A stretch of 64,000 nucleotides of DNA from contig CAWDHY010000001.1 of assembly GCA_963802255.1 (NCBI GenBank), positions 299,842 through 363,841 on the forward strand, in the 5' to 3' direction. Made by a program: the position numbers and the translations under genes. The DNA is from Candidatus Magasanikiibacteriota bacterium (GTDB lineage: Bacteria > Patescibacteriota > Patescibacteriia > Magasanikbacterales > GWA2-37-8). Shown here in pieces: positions 11,501 through 19,451 of the stretch (within the stretch, counting starts at the first letter, position 1; every line of letters begins with the position of its first letter). The notes under the pieces were generated by a model. That model had not been told where the DNA came from and did no database searches. It saw only the letters and a list, made by a program, of their open reading frames with translations.

Positions 11501-13778
11501 GCCTTTAACTCTTAATCAGTGGCACCATATTTTGGTAAGATTTGATGGCAATGGCACTGTCTATATGTATATTGATGGCGTCAACCAGAATACGCAAATG
11601 AGATTGCCAAATGGCGCGCTGTTCACGATTGACCCGGGTGATCCGTTTCCACAGATGGCTGCTAATACCGGTAATATTGAAATTGGTCAAAGTTTTAACG
11701 GCAAGATTGATAATGTGGCATTTTATGATTCTTTATTAATAAATTACGATCCAAATAATGAGGTGAACAATTTATACAAAGGGCTATGCATATTACACGA
11801 TCCAACTACTGGCTGGAGTGCTGAAGATCGCCGGTTTAGCTTTGCCTGCAATACCACTTCATACGCATATAGATATCAATACGCGAGTTCAACAGGTGCG
11901 TTTTTGCTGCGGGCTAATATGGAAAAATTCGCGAATATCTGGCCAGGCAATATGAACACGTTTAACAATGACTTCTTCGGCGGTTATGTGGATATATCAA
12001 CCGGAGTTTGTGCCGGAAATAATGAAATTTCTTCGCCGTACAATTTAGTCTGCGGAGACGGTGTGCTTGGCGGAACGGAGACATGCGACCCGCCGGGAAA
12101 AGTTGAAATAAATTCGTCTCTTTGTCCGGTTGGTCAGGCAATTAAGAAAACATGTTCTAGTAACTGTACCTGGGGAGCAACAACGAATATTAATTGTTAT
12201 TTGGCCACTGGTGGTTCTTGTGGAGACGGCAAATTGCAGACAGCAGCAGGTGAGAAATGCGATGATGGAGCGTTGAATGGCCAGAGCGGGCGGTGCGCAA
12301 CTGACTGCCAAGGCACTGTAAATACTTGCGGTAATGGGACTCTTGATGTAAGCGAGTTTTGCGACACTGTAACGGCCACGGGACAGTGCGAATTTATGCC
12401 AGGTGTAGAGCGAGAAATTGATCCGAAAGGCGAACCAATGTTTTATTTTTTGGTGGATTTGACTGGGACGATGGGGAGTGCTTTTCCCGGCGCTCCGTCC
12501 CCGGGGACAAGAGTAGCTATGGTAAAGTATTCACTGCCTCTTATTGCTGAACGTTTTAGTAATCCTGATTCGCGAGCTAAAATAGGAATCGGATCATATA
12601 ATTGCCCCGTTAATTCTTTTCATAATAAAGATTGGCTGCCAGGTACTAAGGGATATTTCACGTCTTCTCAAGTTCAGACAGCTATTTCGACCATGGTTCA
12701 GCAAACTGGACAAAATACCGACAGCGTTTTTGACTGGTTCAGGTATACAATTTTACCGATACTAAAAAGCGGAGTAGACGATGGCAAACCAATTAACCTT
12801 GTTTATATTACCGATGGAGGCAAAGCGGGATCGTGCACGCCTTATGGCGCTTTGTGTCCTACTGATAAAATTGCCGCTTTGTACAATGACTTAGGAGTTG
12901 TTACGCATATTATCGGAGTTGGTAATGTAGTGGAATGTGACCGTGAAATTATGGCAAACGCGGGACATGGACAATATCTTCAAATTACTGAGGGCGCTGA
13001 CTCATTAGCTGAGGCAATGATTGAAATATATAAAAAACCCTGCGAACAATATTCGCAGTATAACGGTTATTCCTGTCGTTGGGACTGTAAAGGACCTGGC
13101 GGATATTGTGGTGATGGAATTTTGCAATTTGAAAGTGGCGAGCAATGTGAAGCTGACCAGTCGTGTACAGTGTCTCCGGGCGGTGAATCTGGAATGCAGA
13201 AATGCGAAAGTTGCCAGTTGGGTGAGTGTGAAGCGATTGTTGAAGTTGAAGTTCCGGGACAGTGCGGGAATGATATTGTAGAGGAAGAAGAGGCCTGTGA
13301 TCGCGGTGATATGAATGGTGAGGCTTGTAATCCTTTATATCCGCAAAAGAAATGCACTTATTGTTCGTATGATTGCCGAAATGTAATTACTGTTGATAAT
13401 CTTTGTGGAAATGGTTTTCTGGACTCAGGAGAAGTGTGCGACCCTGAACATTGGTTAACCAATGGTTATAAACGTCAATATTTTATGGCTGATCATTGCG
13501 TACCGTGTAAAAATGATTGTTCGGGCTGGGATTATTCCATTGCCGAAGATAACACTCCGCAAAGTAATTGTGCGGATATTTGGGGATATTGCGGCAATGG
13601 CATAAAGGAATCGGTTTATTATGGGGAAATTTTGACGCCTTTTGAAAGTTGCGATGGAACCGATGGAGTAAATAATTGTCCTGAATGCTCGGAAACTTCC
13701 CCGGCTACTCCATTTAAGAAATGTAATTTTAATTGTTCATGTGGTTGTTCCGCTTTTATGCCTTTCTTTTCAATGTAA
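2586..13778 (+). CDS. Giant 3730-aa surface protein/adhesin: VirB2-like pilin, poly-Gly linker, Ig-like and IPT/TIG domains, 3 LamG domains, PsbP-like domain, vWA domain, Myxococcus-type Cys-rich repeats
   Basis: Uninterrupted ORF; IPT motifs (G.YITITGKNFG), LamG motifs (W.H..LTYNG..RLY.DG..G.IDDLRIFDYALS), many CG[N/D]G....GE.CD repeats, vWA (FLVDLTGTM..VYITDG..THIIGVG). Confidence 0.85.
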   Translation: MMQKLNWKKLLLVTLFLAGIGVFLLAAVSLAQTNVPDLGLEPVGQELGLPDTDIRVIAARIIRVALGFLGIIALVLILYAGFVWMTAGGNEENIQKAKRILMNAVIGLIIILSAYAIVSFVLSSLLSATTGGDGGGGGGGGGGGGFSKVFYITSMPGNDFGCGARNLHPVIRFNKPVDLTTIENNLVLRKKIDASPANGEWVFQVVNSVPITSAVVFNPVGDCGIEGHNDCLDANSTYQIFFANATNIKSQSPDILNLNCNVGDYKNQCKNDPSVEFATGDGVDVENPTITIINPFDGQSFGQGQSVSVEVIFTDNFGLQDLALFINSSSVPVDTASITGCQKSGTSTLVWPTGSSPTGTYALTALATDFAANYSTDIRNISLVPLHCFDSLLNFGETIAGPPACGDGCGNCSGEPCTQNSDCASGWCEDGICIDKIRINLFDPLDGAASSTYVTISGQFFGDDGGHVYFTKQGGGWTEAFIVSCGAGIDNWTPYQLVVKVPPNADDGPIKVAHASAPSDGSDDITRRYTDITDDTSWGYYKNFNVNDVIKPGLCALIPSYGPPYSSTTLIGENFGATNNSAQDKVMFSSSTALIRDWASRTVTARVPALGTGPVAVKILNEGEESNAVRFDVRESLDNDTPVIESINPEDGAKGEYITITGKNFGNNVGKVLFKFEGEGEAKYGSFDFPADCEGSTWSNNQIIVKFPEDEPVVVDHDYSVQIQRSSDAKIGPIGAYFQLHSGNPAPGICKLSPSSGPVPFNPSSSMKIYGEYYQRGGSTSTPYFWQLEASTTTIEDRVEATDIIQESDQQAELRPPEDSQTGPVVMHRASENKTGNSLPFTVYNCVENNNICYSPGTRCCTSGADAGACKLEFDLCAGQTRSTGYMWRFSTGPFPPVPKVMERCDAGTDAGENLPSPSPDIRWTGLGNFDHFNACRTSLVNIEFTMKMDPATINATNVQIFKCVSSSVTTTFANDINTCTHDGAALIMADGSYELDTGSGGEFGDTSFMQMIPSALRWADNTWYQVVLKKGVKSLPSQYEYKGEIKTLPAQNLTTNNPCGTDTAYCFIFKTDTRDCKLNKVVVTPYTYWTSILESPIKYRTIKSNADDLGSTLYYKGNGLSDQHCIMMDMRSFNWSWDTQRPPYSMIYGTSTLQKSQATALANTVAVGLADPENAVMIRATASRGGIGSSVEPPLVDPTLFPMAGWWNFDEGGTEITDISGNGHNGVIQGPATFVPGKIGSAIYLNGSGNYVPLESPLSLPGGLSSRTMCAWGKPDDISGGWRWMMAYGRGASGQAMFIGMNGTSLDGGAYGGGYDIIVNDFWSAGVWRHICLTYNGSVARLYADGSEIGHLNVGWNLQLQKAYIGAQVHSSANEFWKGAIDDLRIFDYALSQEEIVALYEYGNSGGILGGGGSVEYEEKMGQSPLTIDLSRPKVVDYWPKCLEACTNAEIGAKFNVIMANANIENAVKLVRCLDENCASTVPVGEISKIIDSADRRYIKLNFGILGGELATDTVYAVTLSTTGTSTAISNYQLWSGASATDEYAKAKPMQEEFIWRFKTKKEKCVLDKVNIIPALFQAVFINDRHVYSSEARSAPDACDPKGQKLDTWTIDWDWSSSASDVATVQEFKTKGRSPVCNNNCVRKGSDITSDALTFEPLCGNASVEAGEDCDPPFISVVGSVTTTACTLNCLRPGNEFTATCGNGTVEPLLGEECDPADDATKVGCSKNCLHIGSVAATGAEDVTASICGNGKIGMGEECDLGMAVDYTKSTSSLYCSPYCLHLGTSLSSGWCANNTSTLFGQVEYLSACAKSKSQCGDGIRDPSEDPGCDCGEGNVPNSSHMCVCNGVMISANDLDQCLKVNPACSAKCLGNSRLLAECNPLSTTTVGGITVVRATEGCGDNSQYQGSSLMYSVPSLCGDGIVGIGEENDCESGFLFTHSLTDPWTLATGVGLGAVVTSSSGIPSQVTNIQGTGSSTVNSKNYQKSGTGKFEIICGYSTDIECQDLLGDEYGLASNSCCMPRPWLISTYPDKNDINPPYDICPNTYIEAKFNHLIDENTLINQIYVARGYTTPSCPTGTVDVTPFVSDYEILVIDKGPWYKRLWHGIVNWFARIFGDETSAAPIEITATKYCSEGVLPPAKVAVEGSMSGANTTSSVMIRLNTPLATSTDYVVIFRPGVKDVRGVSVATSTQWKFITGPKICELNRVAINPDNYMFNRSGSSSSFVASSSAINGQSIQPVEGYRWEYEWSPMQSDVVSLTNTTDTINIVTAKNRNGELDLLATAKFTENWFFFDSPSLSGKSRIVVFLCENPWPSSSTIDFPFKEIEYDFTTYYCMDKGSPGFADDMPYVTSSRVWIQETNPFKKRYLFTNSDNKDAIGMQVFYNPEHLSVSEWYTAQGFRGNMNSLKIDGYDAISDGNNYYVDALSFSNANNIYSNIYQFSINNDATNDGKEIFKQMMENIKFNSGLINDKYCAVGYGPMDTVRYDMACESDLDCLANMEAFKKVYPTSTLSAYNCLNQKDKLQRNYQRLKDMRQAVSIINYGRGAIAVLPMDSVNYGKTPDITKKGNDLTITDSNGISLVGGALKLSGSGRLETEASIGLMVGSKSFTVTGKINTVLDEATRLMRITNSTGDGMSLELSNEGKMTVCNGPEVGTMCISPASCSTMPSLNDGSWHNFALDFTQSSPDKIRVYIDGELACSSTGSFPSMPSSAKLVIGGYSSDNIFDGSIDDLRIYTRDLSEDEISALYANNLPYKGSYPTINENTYLNGQAISVWDNSWTQLGTEAGMSLPIDPINRLVQSGTCFQKTGISYSACYKDSDCAVIPQLSNRQSYWSADYETTDEGVLKNNAAIEGSVDYGDGKGHGKAFEFSGDSTAKVMAAHNNAYNSSQFTVSAWIYPTKKNTATIIKHGGTDGNGISQGGFALEYSGFWTGVVGSSVVTRFNNGTVRFAFFTTSTSETKYYSLDSNGTPLTLNQWHHILVRFDGNGTVYMYIDGVNQNTQMRLPNGALFTIDPGDPFPQMAANTGNIEIGQSFNGKIDNVAFYDSLLINYDPNNEVNNLYKGLCILHDPTTGWSAEDRRFSFACNTTSYAYRYQYASSTGAFLLRANMEKFANIWPGNMNTFNNDFFGGYVDISTGVCAGNNEISSPYNLVCGDGVLGGTETCDPPGKVEINSSLCPVGQAIKKTCSSNCTWGATTNINCYLATGGSCGDGKLQTAAGEKCDDGALNGQSGRCATDCQGTVNTCGNGTLDVSEFCDTVTATGQCEFMPGVEREIDPKGEPMFYFLVDLTGTMGSAFPGAPSPGTRVAMVKYSLPLIAERFSNPDSRAKIGIGSYNCPVNSFHNKDWLPGTKGYFTSSQVQTAISTMVQQTGQNTDSVFDWFRYTILPILKSGVDDGKPINLVYITDGGKAGSCTPYGALCPTDKIAALYNDLGVVTHIIGVGNVVECDREIMANAGHGQYLQITEGADSLAEAMIEIYKKPCEQYSQYNGYSCRWDCKGPGGYCGDGILQFESGEQCEADQSCTVSPGGESGMQKCESCQLGECEAIVEVEVPGQCGNDIVEEEEACDRGDMNGEACNPLYPQKKCTYCSYDCRNVITVDNLCGNGFLDSGEVCDPEHWLTNGYKRQYFMADHCVPCKNDCSGWDYSIAEDNTPQSNCADIWGYCGNGIKESVYYGEILTPFESCDGTDGVNNCPECSETSPATPFKKCNFNCSCGCSAFMPFFSM
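2976..3020 (+). repeat. GGN trinucleotide tract encoding a poly-Gly linker
   Basis: ggcggtgatggcggcggcggaggcggtggcggcggcggcggagga directly after the pilin domain. Confidence 0.8.
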
Positions 13779-13799
13779 TAATAAATATTAATATTTTTT

Positions 13800-14615
13800 A
13801 TGTTTGACGATATCCCAAACAAAAATTCCAACCCACCGCAAAATTTACCTACTGAACCGGTTGATATGTTTGCTGGCGTGGAAGAAGGCGGAGAACCCAC
13901 GCCCGGAACGCAAGGTCCTTCAGCTCTTGATGCCGGTATACTCAGAAAAAAGCCGGCTGGAATGCAGGTACCCCCCGCAGAAATTGCTCAAGGGGGTGAG
14001 CCTACGGTCTACTCTGTTAAAGAGCCGGTTTTAGGAAAGGTAATTGGTTTCTTTATTTTTTTGATTGTTGCCGCTGGAGTGGGATATGGCGGCTGGCGCT
14101 TATATTCTTACTTAACTCAAAAGAGCGACTCATTACCGGCAGAGACGAATAATTTGACTGAACAGCAAAATCAGACTCCGGTTTCAGAAGAGCCAGTTGA
14201 AGATCTGTTTGGAACGGAACCGGCTACGCTTTTTGATACGAGTACTGAGTCGATGATGACAAGTACCGAAACGGGAAATGAGCCTATAATATTCGGAGAG
14301 GCGATCGATACAGATAAAGATGGTTTAGATGATACACGGGAAGAAGAGGCCGGAACGGATATGTCTAATCCGGATACAGATGAGGATGGTTTGACTGATG
14401 GTGATGAAGTGATTATTTGGAAAACCAATCCTTTAAATCCTGATTCCGATGGTGACAGTTATTTAGATGGTGATGAGGTCAGGCACGGATATAGCCCACT
14501 TGGTCCCGGAAAGTTGTTTAATGATTCAAGTACTGTAACAAGTTCGGTTGTCACTTCAACGGCTACCACTTCTACCGCCGAGGATGACATTATTAATGAG
14601 ACGCCGGAATTATAA
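13800..14615 (+). CDS. Bitopic membrane protein with thrombospondin type-3-like Ca-binding repeats
   Basis: One TM helix; DTDKDGLDD, DTDEDGLTDGDE, DSDGDSYLDGDEV..GYSPLG. Confidence 0.75.
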   Translation: MFDDIPNKNSNPPQNLPTEPVDMFAGVEEGGEPTPGTQGPSALDAGILRKKPAGMQVPPAEIAQGGEPTVYSVKEPVLGKVIGFFIFLIVAAGVGYGGWRLYSYLTQKSDSLPAETNNLTEQQNQTPVSEEPVEDLFGTEPATLFDTSTESMMTSTETGNEPIIFGEAIDTDKDGLDDTREEEAGTDMSNPDTDEDGLTDGDEVIIWKTNPLNPDSDGDSYLDGDEVRHGYSPLGPGKLFNDSSTVTSSVVTSTATTSTAEDDIINETPEL

Positions 14616-14618
14616 AAT

Positions 14619-15839
14619 ATGTTTGGAAGTAAGGAGAGTAAAAATTTAGAAATGCCGGAAACGAATATACCGGTGGTTACAATGCCGCGTGATTTTTATG
14701 CAGGCGCGAATCCAACGGTTAAATTCAAAGAAGTTGAACAGACGGTAGATTTGAAAAAATTTACCGGTGTAAAAGAGCATGAAAAAAAGGCCTTTCAATC
14801 GGCAACGGCTGCTCAAGGAGCGGCAAACTTACTTTCTAAACGTTGGATATGGGTTGTGGGGAGTACAGTCTTGTTTTTGTTGTTTGCCGGAGGAGCGGGC
14901 ATTTATTACTGGTGGCAAGGGCGGGCTAAAATTGTTAGTCCGACACCTGTGTTACCGCCTATTACTGCTCCTGCAGTCGTAGAAGAGCCTGTGACGCCTG
15001 TTGTAACCGAACCGGCTACAACAACGCCGGAGCCTGAAATTCCGACAGTAACAGAGCCAGGCCTGGAATTTCCATCAAAATTATTAGCTGAAAGCGTTGA
15101 TTTTGACTCAGATAAAATCAGCGACATGGCGGAAGAGCTTTTTGGGACAGATCCTTCAAATGCTGACTCCGATAATGACTCTTATCAGGATGGTCACGAA
15201 ATATATTATCTTTACAATCCGAATGGAGAAGAGCCAAAAACCTTGATTGACTCCGGTTATGTCAGGAATTATATTAATTCGCGTTTCGGATATGAGTTGT
15301 ATTATCCGGCAAATTGGGCGATTGGCGCGGTTGATGTTGAAGGCAGACAGGTTCTTTTCAGTACACTAACCGGAGAAAATATTGAAGCGAGAGTGTTTGA
15401 TTTGGCTCCCGGCCAGACGTTTGGTGAATGGTTTGCATTCAATGCCTCGCAGGAAAACGCCGGTGATTATTCAGAGATGTCAAGCAGGTTCAATGCGAAC
15501 GCGATAATGCGCAACGACGGTTTGGTATACATTTTTTATGACAATCAGCGTGTTATTACCTTGCTCTATCATACCACCGGTTCAAACACAGTTAATTATA
15601 AAGTTGTATTACAGGTAATGGCGCGTAGTTTAAAAATTGGCGAACCGATTTCGCCTGCCATGAGGCCGGCGGAAGAGCTGGAAATGATGCCTGAAGATAA
15701 ATTTCCGGAAGAAACAGCAACCGAAAATGTTGAAGCTGAGGAGCCGATAGGAGCAGTGGGAGATGAAGAAGAAATGACGGTTCCCGCGGAAAGTGATGTG
15801 ATGACGACCACAGAAGAATCACCGGAGCCGGAATTATGA
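14619..15839 (+). CDS. Bitopic membrane protein with TSP3-like repeats and a PsbP-like domain
   Basis: TM helix, Pro/Thr linker, DFDSDKISD/DSDNDSYQDG.E, Y.N.RFGYELYYPANW. Confidence 0.7.
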   Translation: MFGSKESKNLEMPETNIPVVTMPRDFYAGANPTVKFKEVEQTVDLKKFTGVKEHEKKAFQSATAAQGAANLLSKRWIWVVGSTVLFLLFAGGAGIYYWWQGRAKIVSPTPVLPPITAPAVVEEPVTPVVTEPATTTPEPEIPTVTEPGLEFPSKLLAESVDFDSDKISDMAEELFGTDPSNADSDNDSYQDGHEIYYLYNPNGEEPKTLIDSGYVRNYINSRFGYELYYPANWAIGAVDVEGRQVLFSTLTGENIEARVFDLAPGQTFGEWFAFNASQENAGDYSEMSSRFNANAIMRNDGLVYIFYDNQRVITLLYHTTGSNTVNYKVVLQVMARSLKIGEPISPAMRPAEELEMMPEDKFPEETATENVEAEEPIGAVGDEEEMTVPAESDVMTTTEESPEPEL

Positions 15840-16264
15840 TAAAAATTATTTTTTTTAATGAAAATAAATATACGGTTGCAGAAAGTTTTGTACAAAAAAT
15901 TGCTATGGTGGCGGCAAGCCACGAAAAAAAATTATCCGGGATCATTGAATTAGCACTTGTAGACAATTCAAAAATTCGTAGTCTTAACCGGATTTGGCGC
16001 GGAAAAAATAAAATAACCGACGTACTGTCGTTTGCCTGGACTGAAGAGAAAAAAATTACCGGAGAAATGTTGGGACAAATTTTTATTTCATACCCAAGAA
16101 TATTGAAACAGTCAAAAGAGTATAATGTGCCGGTGAAAGAAGAATTGGCAAGAATGATAACGCACGGGTTATTGCACCTTGCCGGTTATAAGCATGGTCA
16201 AACGAAGAATGCGAAAAAAATGTTTGCTTTACAAGAGGTAATATTAACGAAAGTATTACAATAA
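15836..16264 (+). CDS. ybeY: rRNA maturation endoribonuclease YbeY
   Basis: LNR.WRGKNK.TDVLSF, LG.IFIS, HGLLHLAGY.H. Confidence 0.93.
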   Translation: MIKIIFFNENKYTVAESFVQKIAMVAASHEKKLSGIIELALVDNSKIRSLNRIWRGKNKITDVLSFAWTEEKKITGEMLGQIFISYPRILKQSKEYNVPVKEELARMITHGLLHLAGYKHGQTKNAKKMFALQEVILTKVLQ

Positions 16265-16267
16265 TTT

Positions 16268-16633
16268 ATGTCAGTAAAAAGATTTGCTCAAAGTTTTAAG
16301 GATGCCATGAATGGTATTCGTCACGCGTTTGAAAATGAGCAAAATTTTCGTTTTCAAATGATAGCCGGATTGGTCGTTTTATTTTTTGCCGTCTGGCTTC
16401 CCATCCGTGAATCAGAGCGACTATTGATTGTCATCATGGTTTTTATGGTATTGGTGATGGAATTGCTTAATACGGCAATTGAGTTGTTTATTGATCTGCT
16501 TAAACCCCGTCTGCACCATTATGCCAAAGCGGTGAAGGATATTATGGCGGGAGCGGTATTTTTGACGTCATTTGCGGCTTTAATTGTCGGAATAATAATA
16601 TTTGGACCATTTTTATTTTCACTATTTAAGTAA
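16268..16633 (+). CDS. dgkA: Diacylglycerol/undecaprenol kinase
   Basis: SF..A..GI....E.NFR, ELLNTAIE..ID, KD..AGAV; follows ybeY. Confidence 0.9.
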   Translation: MSVKRFAQSFKDAMNGIRHAFENEQNFRFQMIAGLVVLFFAVWLPIRESERLLIVIMVFMVLVMELLNTAIELFIDLLKPRLHHYAKAVKDIMAGAVFLTSFAALIVGIIIFGPFLFSLFK

Positions 16634-16657
16634 AGCGTTCACAACGTCGGATAAAAA

Positions 16658-17947
16658 ATGTATACTGTAGCTATGTCAAGAAGAGATGAAAATATTATCG
16701 CCGGTTTGGACATTGGCTCGTCAAATGTCCGGATGGCTGTTGGTAAAATTACGGACCCCGGTTCGGAAGATGAGGCGCTTCAGATTTTGGGTTTGGTGGA
16801 AGTACCGGCTGAAGGAGTATCGAAAGGTATCGTTACGAGCATAGAGGATGTTGTATCCTCTGTTTCGTCGTGTCTTGAAAATACGGAACGTTCTATTGGA
16901 GTGCCCATTGAAAGTGTTTGGCTGGGCATCTCGGGGACTCAAACAATGATTCAAAATAGCCGTGGCTACGCTGCTGTGGCAAAATCCGACAATGAAATTA
17001 CGCCAGCCGATGTTGAACGGGCATTGGAATCTTCCCGTTCCGTTTCCACGCCATTAAATTATGAGATATTGCATGTTACTCCGCGCAGTTACAATGTTGA
17101 CGGTCAGGGAGGTATTAAAGACCCGGTGGGCATGACTGGTATGCGTCTTGAAGTGGATACAAAGATTATTCTCGGCCAATCATCACAAATAAAAAATTTA
17201 ACCAGGGCTGTATATCGGGCGGGGCTGGAAATTAATGATATTGTGTTATCACCATTGGCCGTTTCAAATTTATTATTAACTTCAAGGCAGAAGGACCTCG
17301 GCGTAGTCATGATTAATATCGGTGGTCAAACGACAAGTATTACTGTCTATGAAGAGAGTGACTTGCTTCATTCCACTTCATTGCCGATTGGCTCTGCCCA
17401 TATTACAAACGATTTAGCTGTCGGTCTGCGCGCCTCAGTTGATGTGGTTGAAAAATTGAAGGTTGAATACGGGGATTGTTCGTCCGATGCATACGGCCGG
17501 GGAGATGAAGTTGATTTGTTTGAACTTGGTGCGACAGAACATGAACTTTTTAAACTTAAAGATGTAAGTTCAATTATTGAAGCAAGGGTGGAAGAAATTT
17601 TTTATTTGGTTGACCAGGAGCTTAAAAAAATTCATCGGGGCGGATTATTGCCTGCCGGCGCAGTACTCACCGGGGGTGGGTCAAAATTACGGGGAGTTGT
17701 CGAAGAGGCAAAGAAAAATTTGCGCTTACCTGCCATAATGGGTTATCCGCTCGGATTGGTTGGATCGGTTGATCAGGCGAATGACCAGGGGTATTCAACC
17801 GCTATTGGGCTTGTTAAATGGGGGAGCGAAATGCTTTTTCAAAATACGCGTTCCCGGTCTGGGAAGGGCGATATATGGGGTTCGTTAAAAAAGTCTTTAG
17901 GTTTTAAGGGCAGATTAAAAAAGACGATAAGTTCGCTTATTCCGTAG
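16658..17947 (+). CDS. ftsA: Cell division protein FtsA
   Basis: GLDIGSS, P.GM.G.RLE, IGGQTT, VLTGGGSKL; upstream of ftsZ. Confidence 0.95.
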   Translation: MYTVAMSRRDENIIAGLDIGSSNVRMAVGKITDPGSEDEALQILGLVEVPAEGVSKGIVTSIEDVVSSVSSCLENTERSIGVPIESVWLGISGTQTMIQNSRGYAAVAKSDNEITPADVERALESSRSVSTPLNYEILHVTPRSYNVDGQGGIKDPVGMTGMRLEVDTKIILGQSSQIKNLTRAVYRAGLEINDIVLSPLAVSNLLLTSRQKDLGVVMINIGGQTTSITVYEESDLLHSTSLPIGSAHITNDLAVGLRASVDVVEKLKVEYGDCSSDAYGRGDEVDLFELGATEHELFKLKDVSSIIEARVEEIFYLVDQELKKIHRGGLLPAGAVLTGGGSKLRGVVEEAKKNLRLPAIMGYPLGLVGSVDQANDQGYSTAIGLVKWGSEMLFQNTRSRSGKGDIWGSLKKSLGFKGRLKKTISSLIP

Positions 17948-18038
17948 TACTGCGATTTTTCAGTGTATTTTTGAAAGAATGATTGTCTAATAAGTTTATA
18001 CCCAGTGTTTACAGGGCGTTTCAACGCATTATTAAGGG

Positions 18039-18068
18039 TTGACACTAAAGCTTAAAAAAATGTACAAT
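18039..18068 (+). promoter_or_regulatory. sigma70-type promoter for ftsZ
   Basis: TTGACA-N18-TACAAT in the ftsA-ftsZ gap. Confidence 0.55.
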
Positions 18069-18197
18069 ACATAGCGAAGTTTATCTTCGCTATTTTTCAT
18101 TAATACATTGAATACATAAATTGTTCATCCTGTAAAATAATTCGTGAACCACGGATTGCCCTTTTGGGTAATAATCAGGATGTTATTAAAAAAATAT

Positions 18198-19442
18198 ATG
18201 CCACAAGTAAAACCGGATATTGAAACATTTGCAAAAATTAAAGTTGTCGGTGTCGGCGGTTCCGGCGGTTCAGCCATCAACAGAATGATGGCTGCCAGAA
18301 TCAGAGGAGTTGATTTTGTCGCCATGAATACCGATGTTCAAGATTTGCATCATAATCTTGCTCCACAAAAGCTTCATATTGGAAAATCAGTGACCAGAGG
18401 ACTTGGAGCGGGTATGGATCCTGAACTTGGCCGTCGCGCGGCTGAAGAATCGCAGAATGAGATTAGAGAAATATTAAAAGATGCCGATATGGTTTTTGTG
18501 ACTTGTGGCTTGGGTGGAGGCACCGGATCGGGTGCATCTCCGGTTGTTGCGGAGGTAGCCAGGGAACTCGGGGCTTTAACTGTGGCGGTTGTTACCAAGC
18601 CGTTTGTTTTTGAAGGCCATAAACGAAGTGATATCGCCGATAAGTCATGGGATAATCTGGTTAAACATGTTGACACAATTATCACCATTCCGAATGACCG
18701 GATAAATCAGGTGATTGATAAAAAAACATCAATGTTGGACGCGTTTAGAATTGCGGACGATGTTCTTCGGCAGGGTGTTCAGGGAATTTCAGAGTTGATC
18801 ACCATGCATGGTGTGATCAATGTTGACTTTGCGGACATTAAAACAATTATGAAAGATACCGGGTCTGCCCTTATGGGTATTGGAATCGGTTCCGGAGAGA
18901 ACCGGGCCGTCGAAGCGGCAAAAGCCGCTATTTCCAGTCCGCTCCTGGAACTTTCTATTGACGGGGCAAGGGGAATTCTTTTTACCGTAACCGGCGGTAA
19001 AAATTTGGCAATGAGCGAAGTGGAAGATGCGGCGAAAATTATCACTTCTTCGGCTTCTGAAGACGCAAAAGTAATTTTTGGCGCTATTATAGATGAAACA
19101 ATGACAGATAGTATAAAGATTACTGTAATCGCCACCGGTTTTGATGACCGGCGCCCGGTTTCCGAAGAGGAAAATTTATCAAAATATTCTCCGTTTGGCA
19201 ATGTGTCATTGGCTTCAAAATTTAAGCAAAGAGAAGAAGATACGCAAGACAAGAAGTTTTTTAATGATTTAGTCAGCACGAAAAAGAGTAGTGGTCACAC
19301 ACCGTCTCATTCTGAATCGGTTTCACGTGAACAAAAAAATGATATCCCAACTCAAAATCCTGCCGGTGTCGGCAGTGGCACCAGTGTATCTGATGATGAA
19401 CTTGAAATTCCGGCATTTATTCGCCGAAAAATGGGAGTATAA
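18198..19442 (+). CDS. ftsZ: Cell division protein FtsZ
   Basis: IKVVGVGGSG, GGGTGSG, INVDFAD, C-terminal LEIPAFIRRK; start moved to ATG 18198. Confidence 0.97.
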   Translation: MPQVKPDIETFAKIKVVGVGGSGGSAINRMMAARIRGVDFVAMNTDVQDLHHNLAPQKLHIGKSVTRGLGAGMDPELGRRAAEESQNEIREILKDADMVFVTCGLGGGTGSGASPVVAEVARELGALTVAVVTKPFVFEGHKRSDIADKSWDNLVKHVDTIITIPNDRINQVIDKKTSMLDAFRIADDVLRQGVQGISELITMHGVINVDFADIKTIMKDTGSALMGIGIGSGENRAVEAAKAAISSPLLELSIDGARGILFTVTGGKNLAMSEVEDAAKIITSSASEDAKVIFGAIIDETMTDSIKITVIATGFDDRRPVSEEENLSKYSPFGNVSLASKFKQREEDTQDKKFFNDLVSTKKSSGHTPSHSESVSREQKNDIPTQNPAGVGSGTSVSDDELEIPAFIRRKMGV

Positions 19443-19451
19443 TATATTATT

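Noticed and set aside
19319-19334. parS-like GGTTTCACGTGAACAA in ftsZ
   Set aside because: Only 13/16 match to the consensus, broken palindrome, inside coding sequence.
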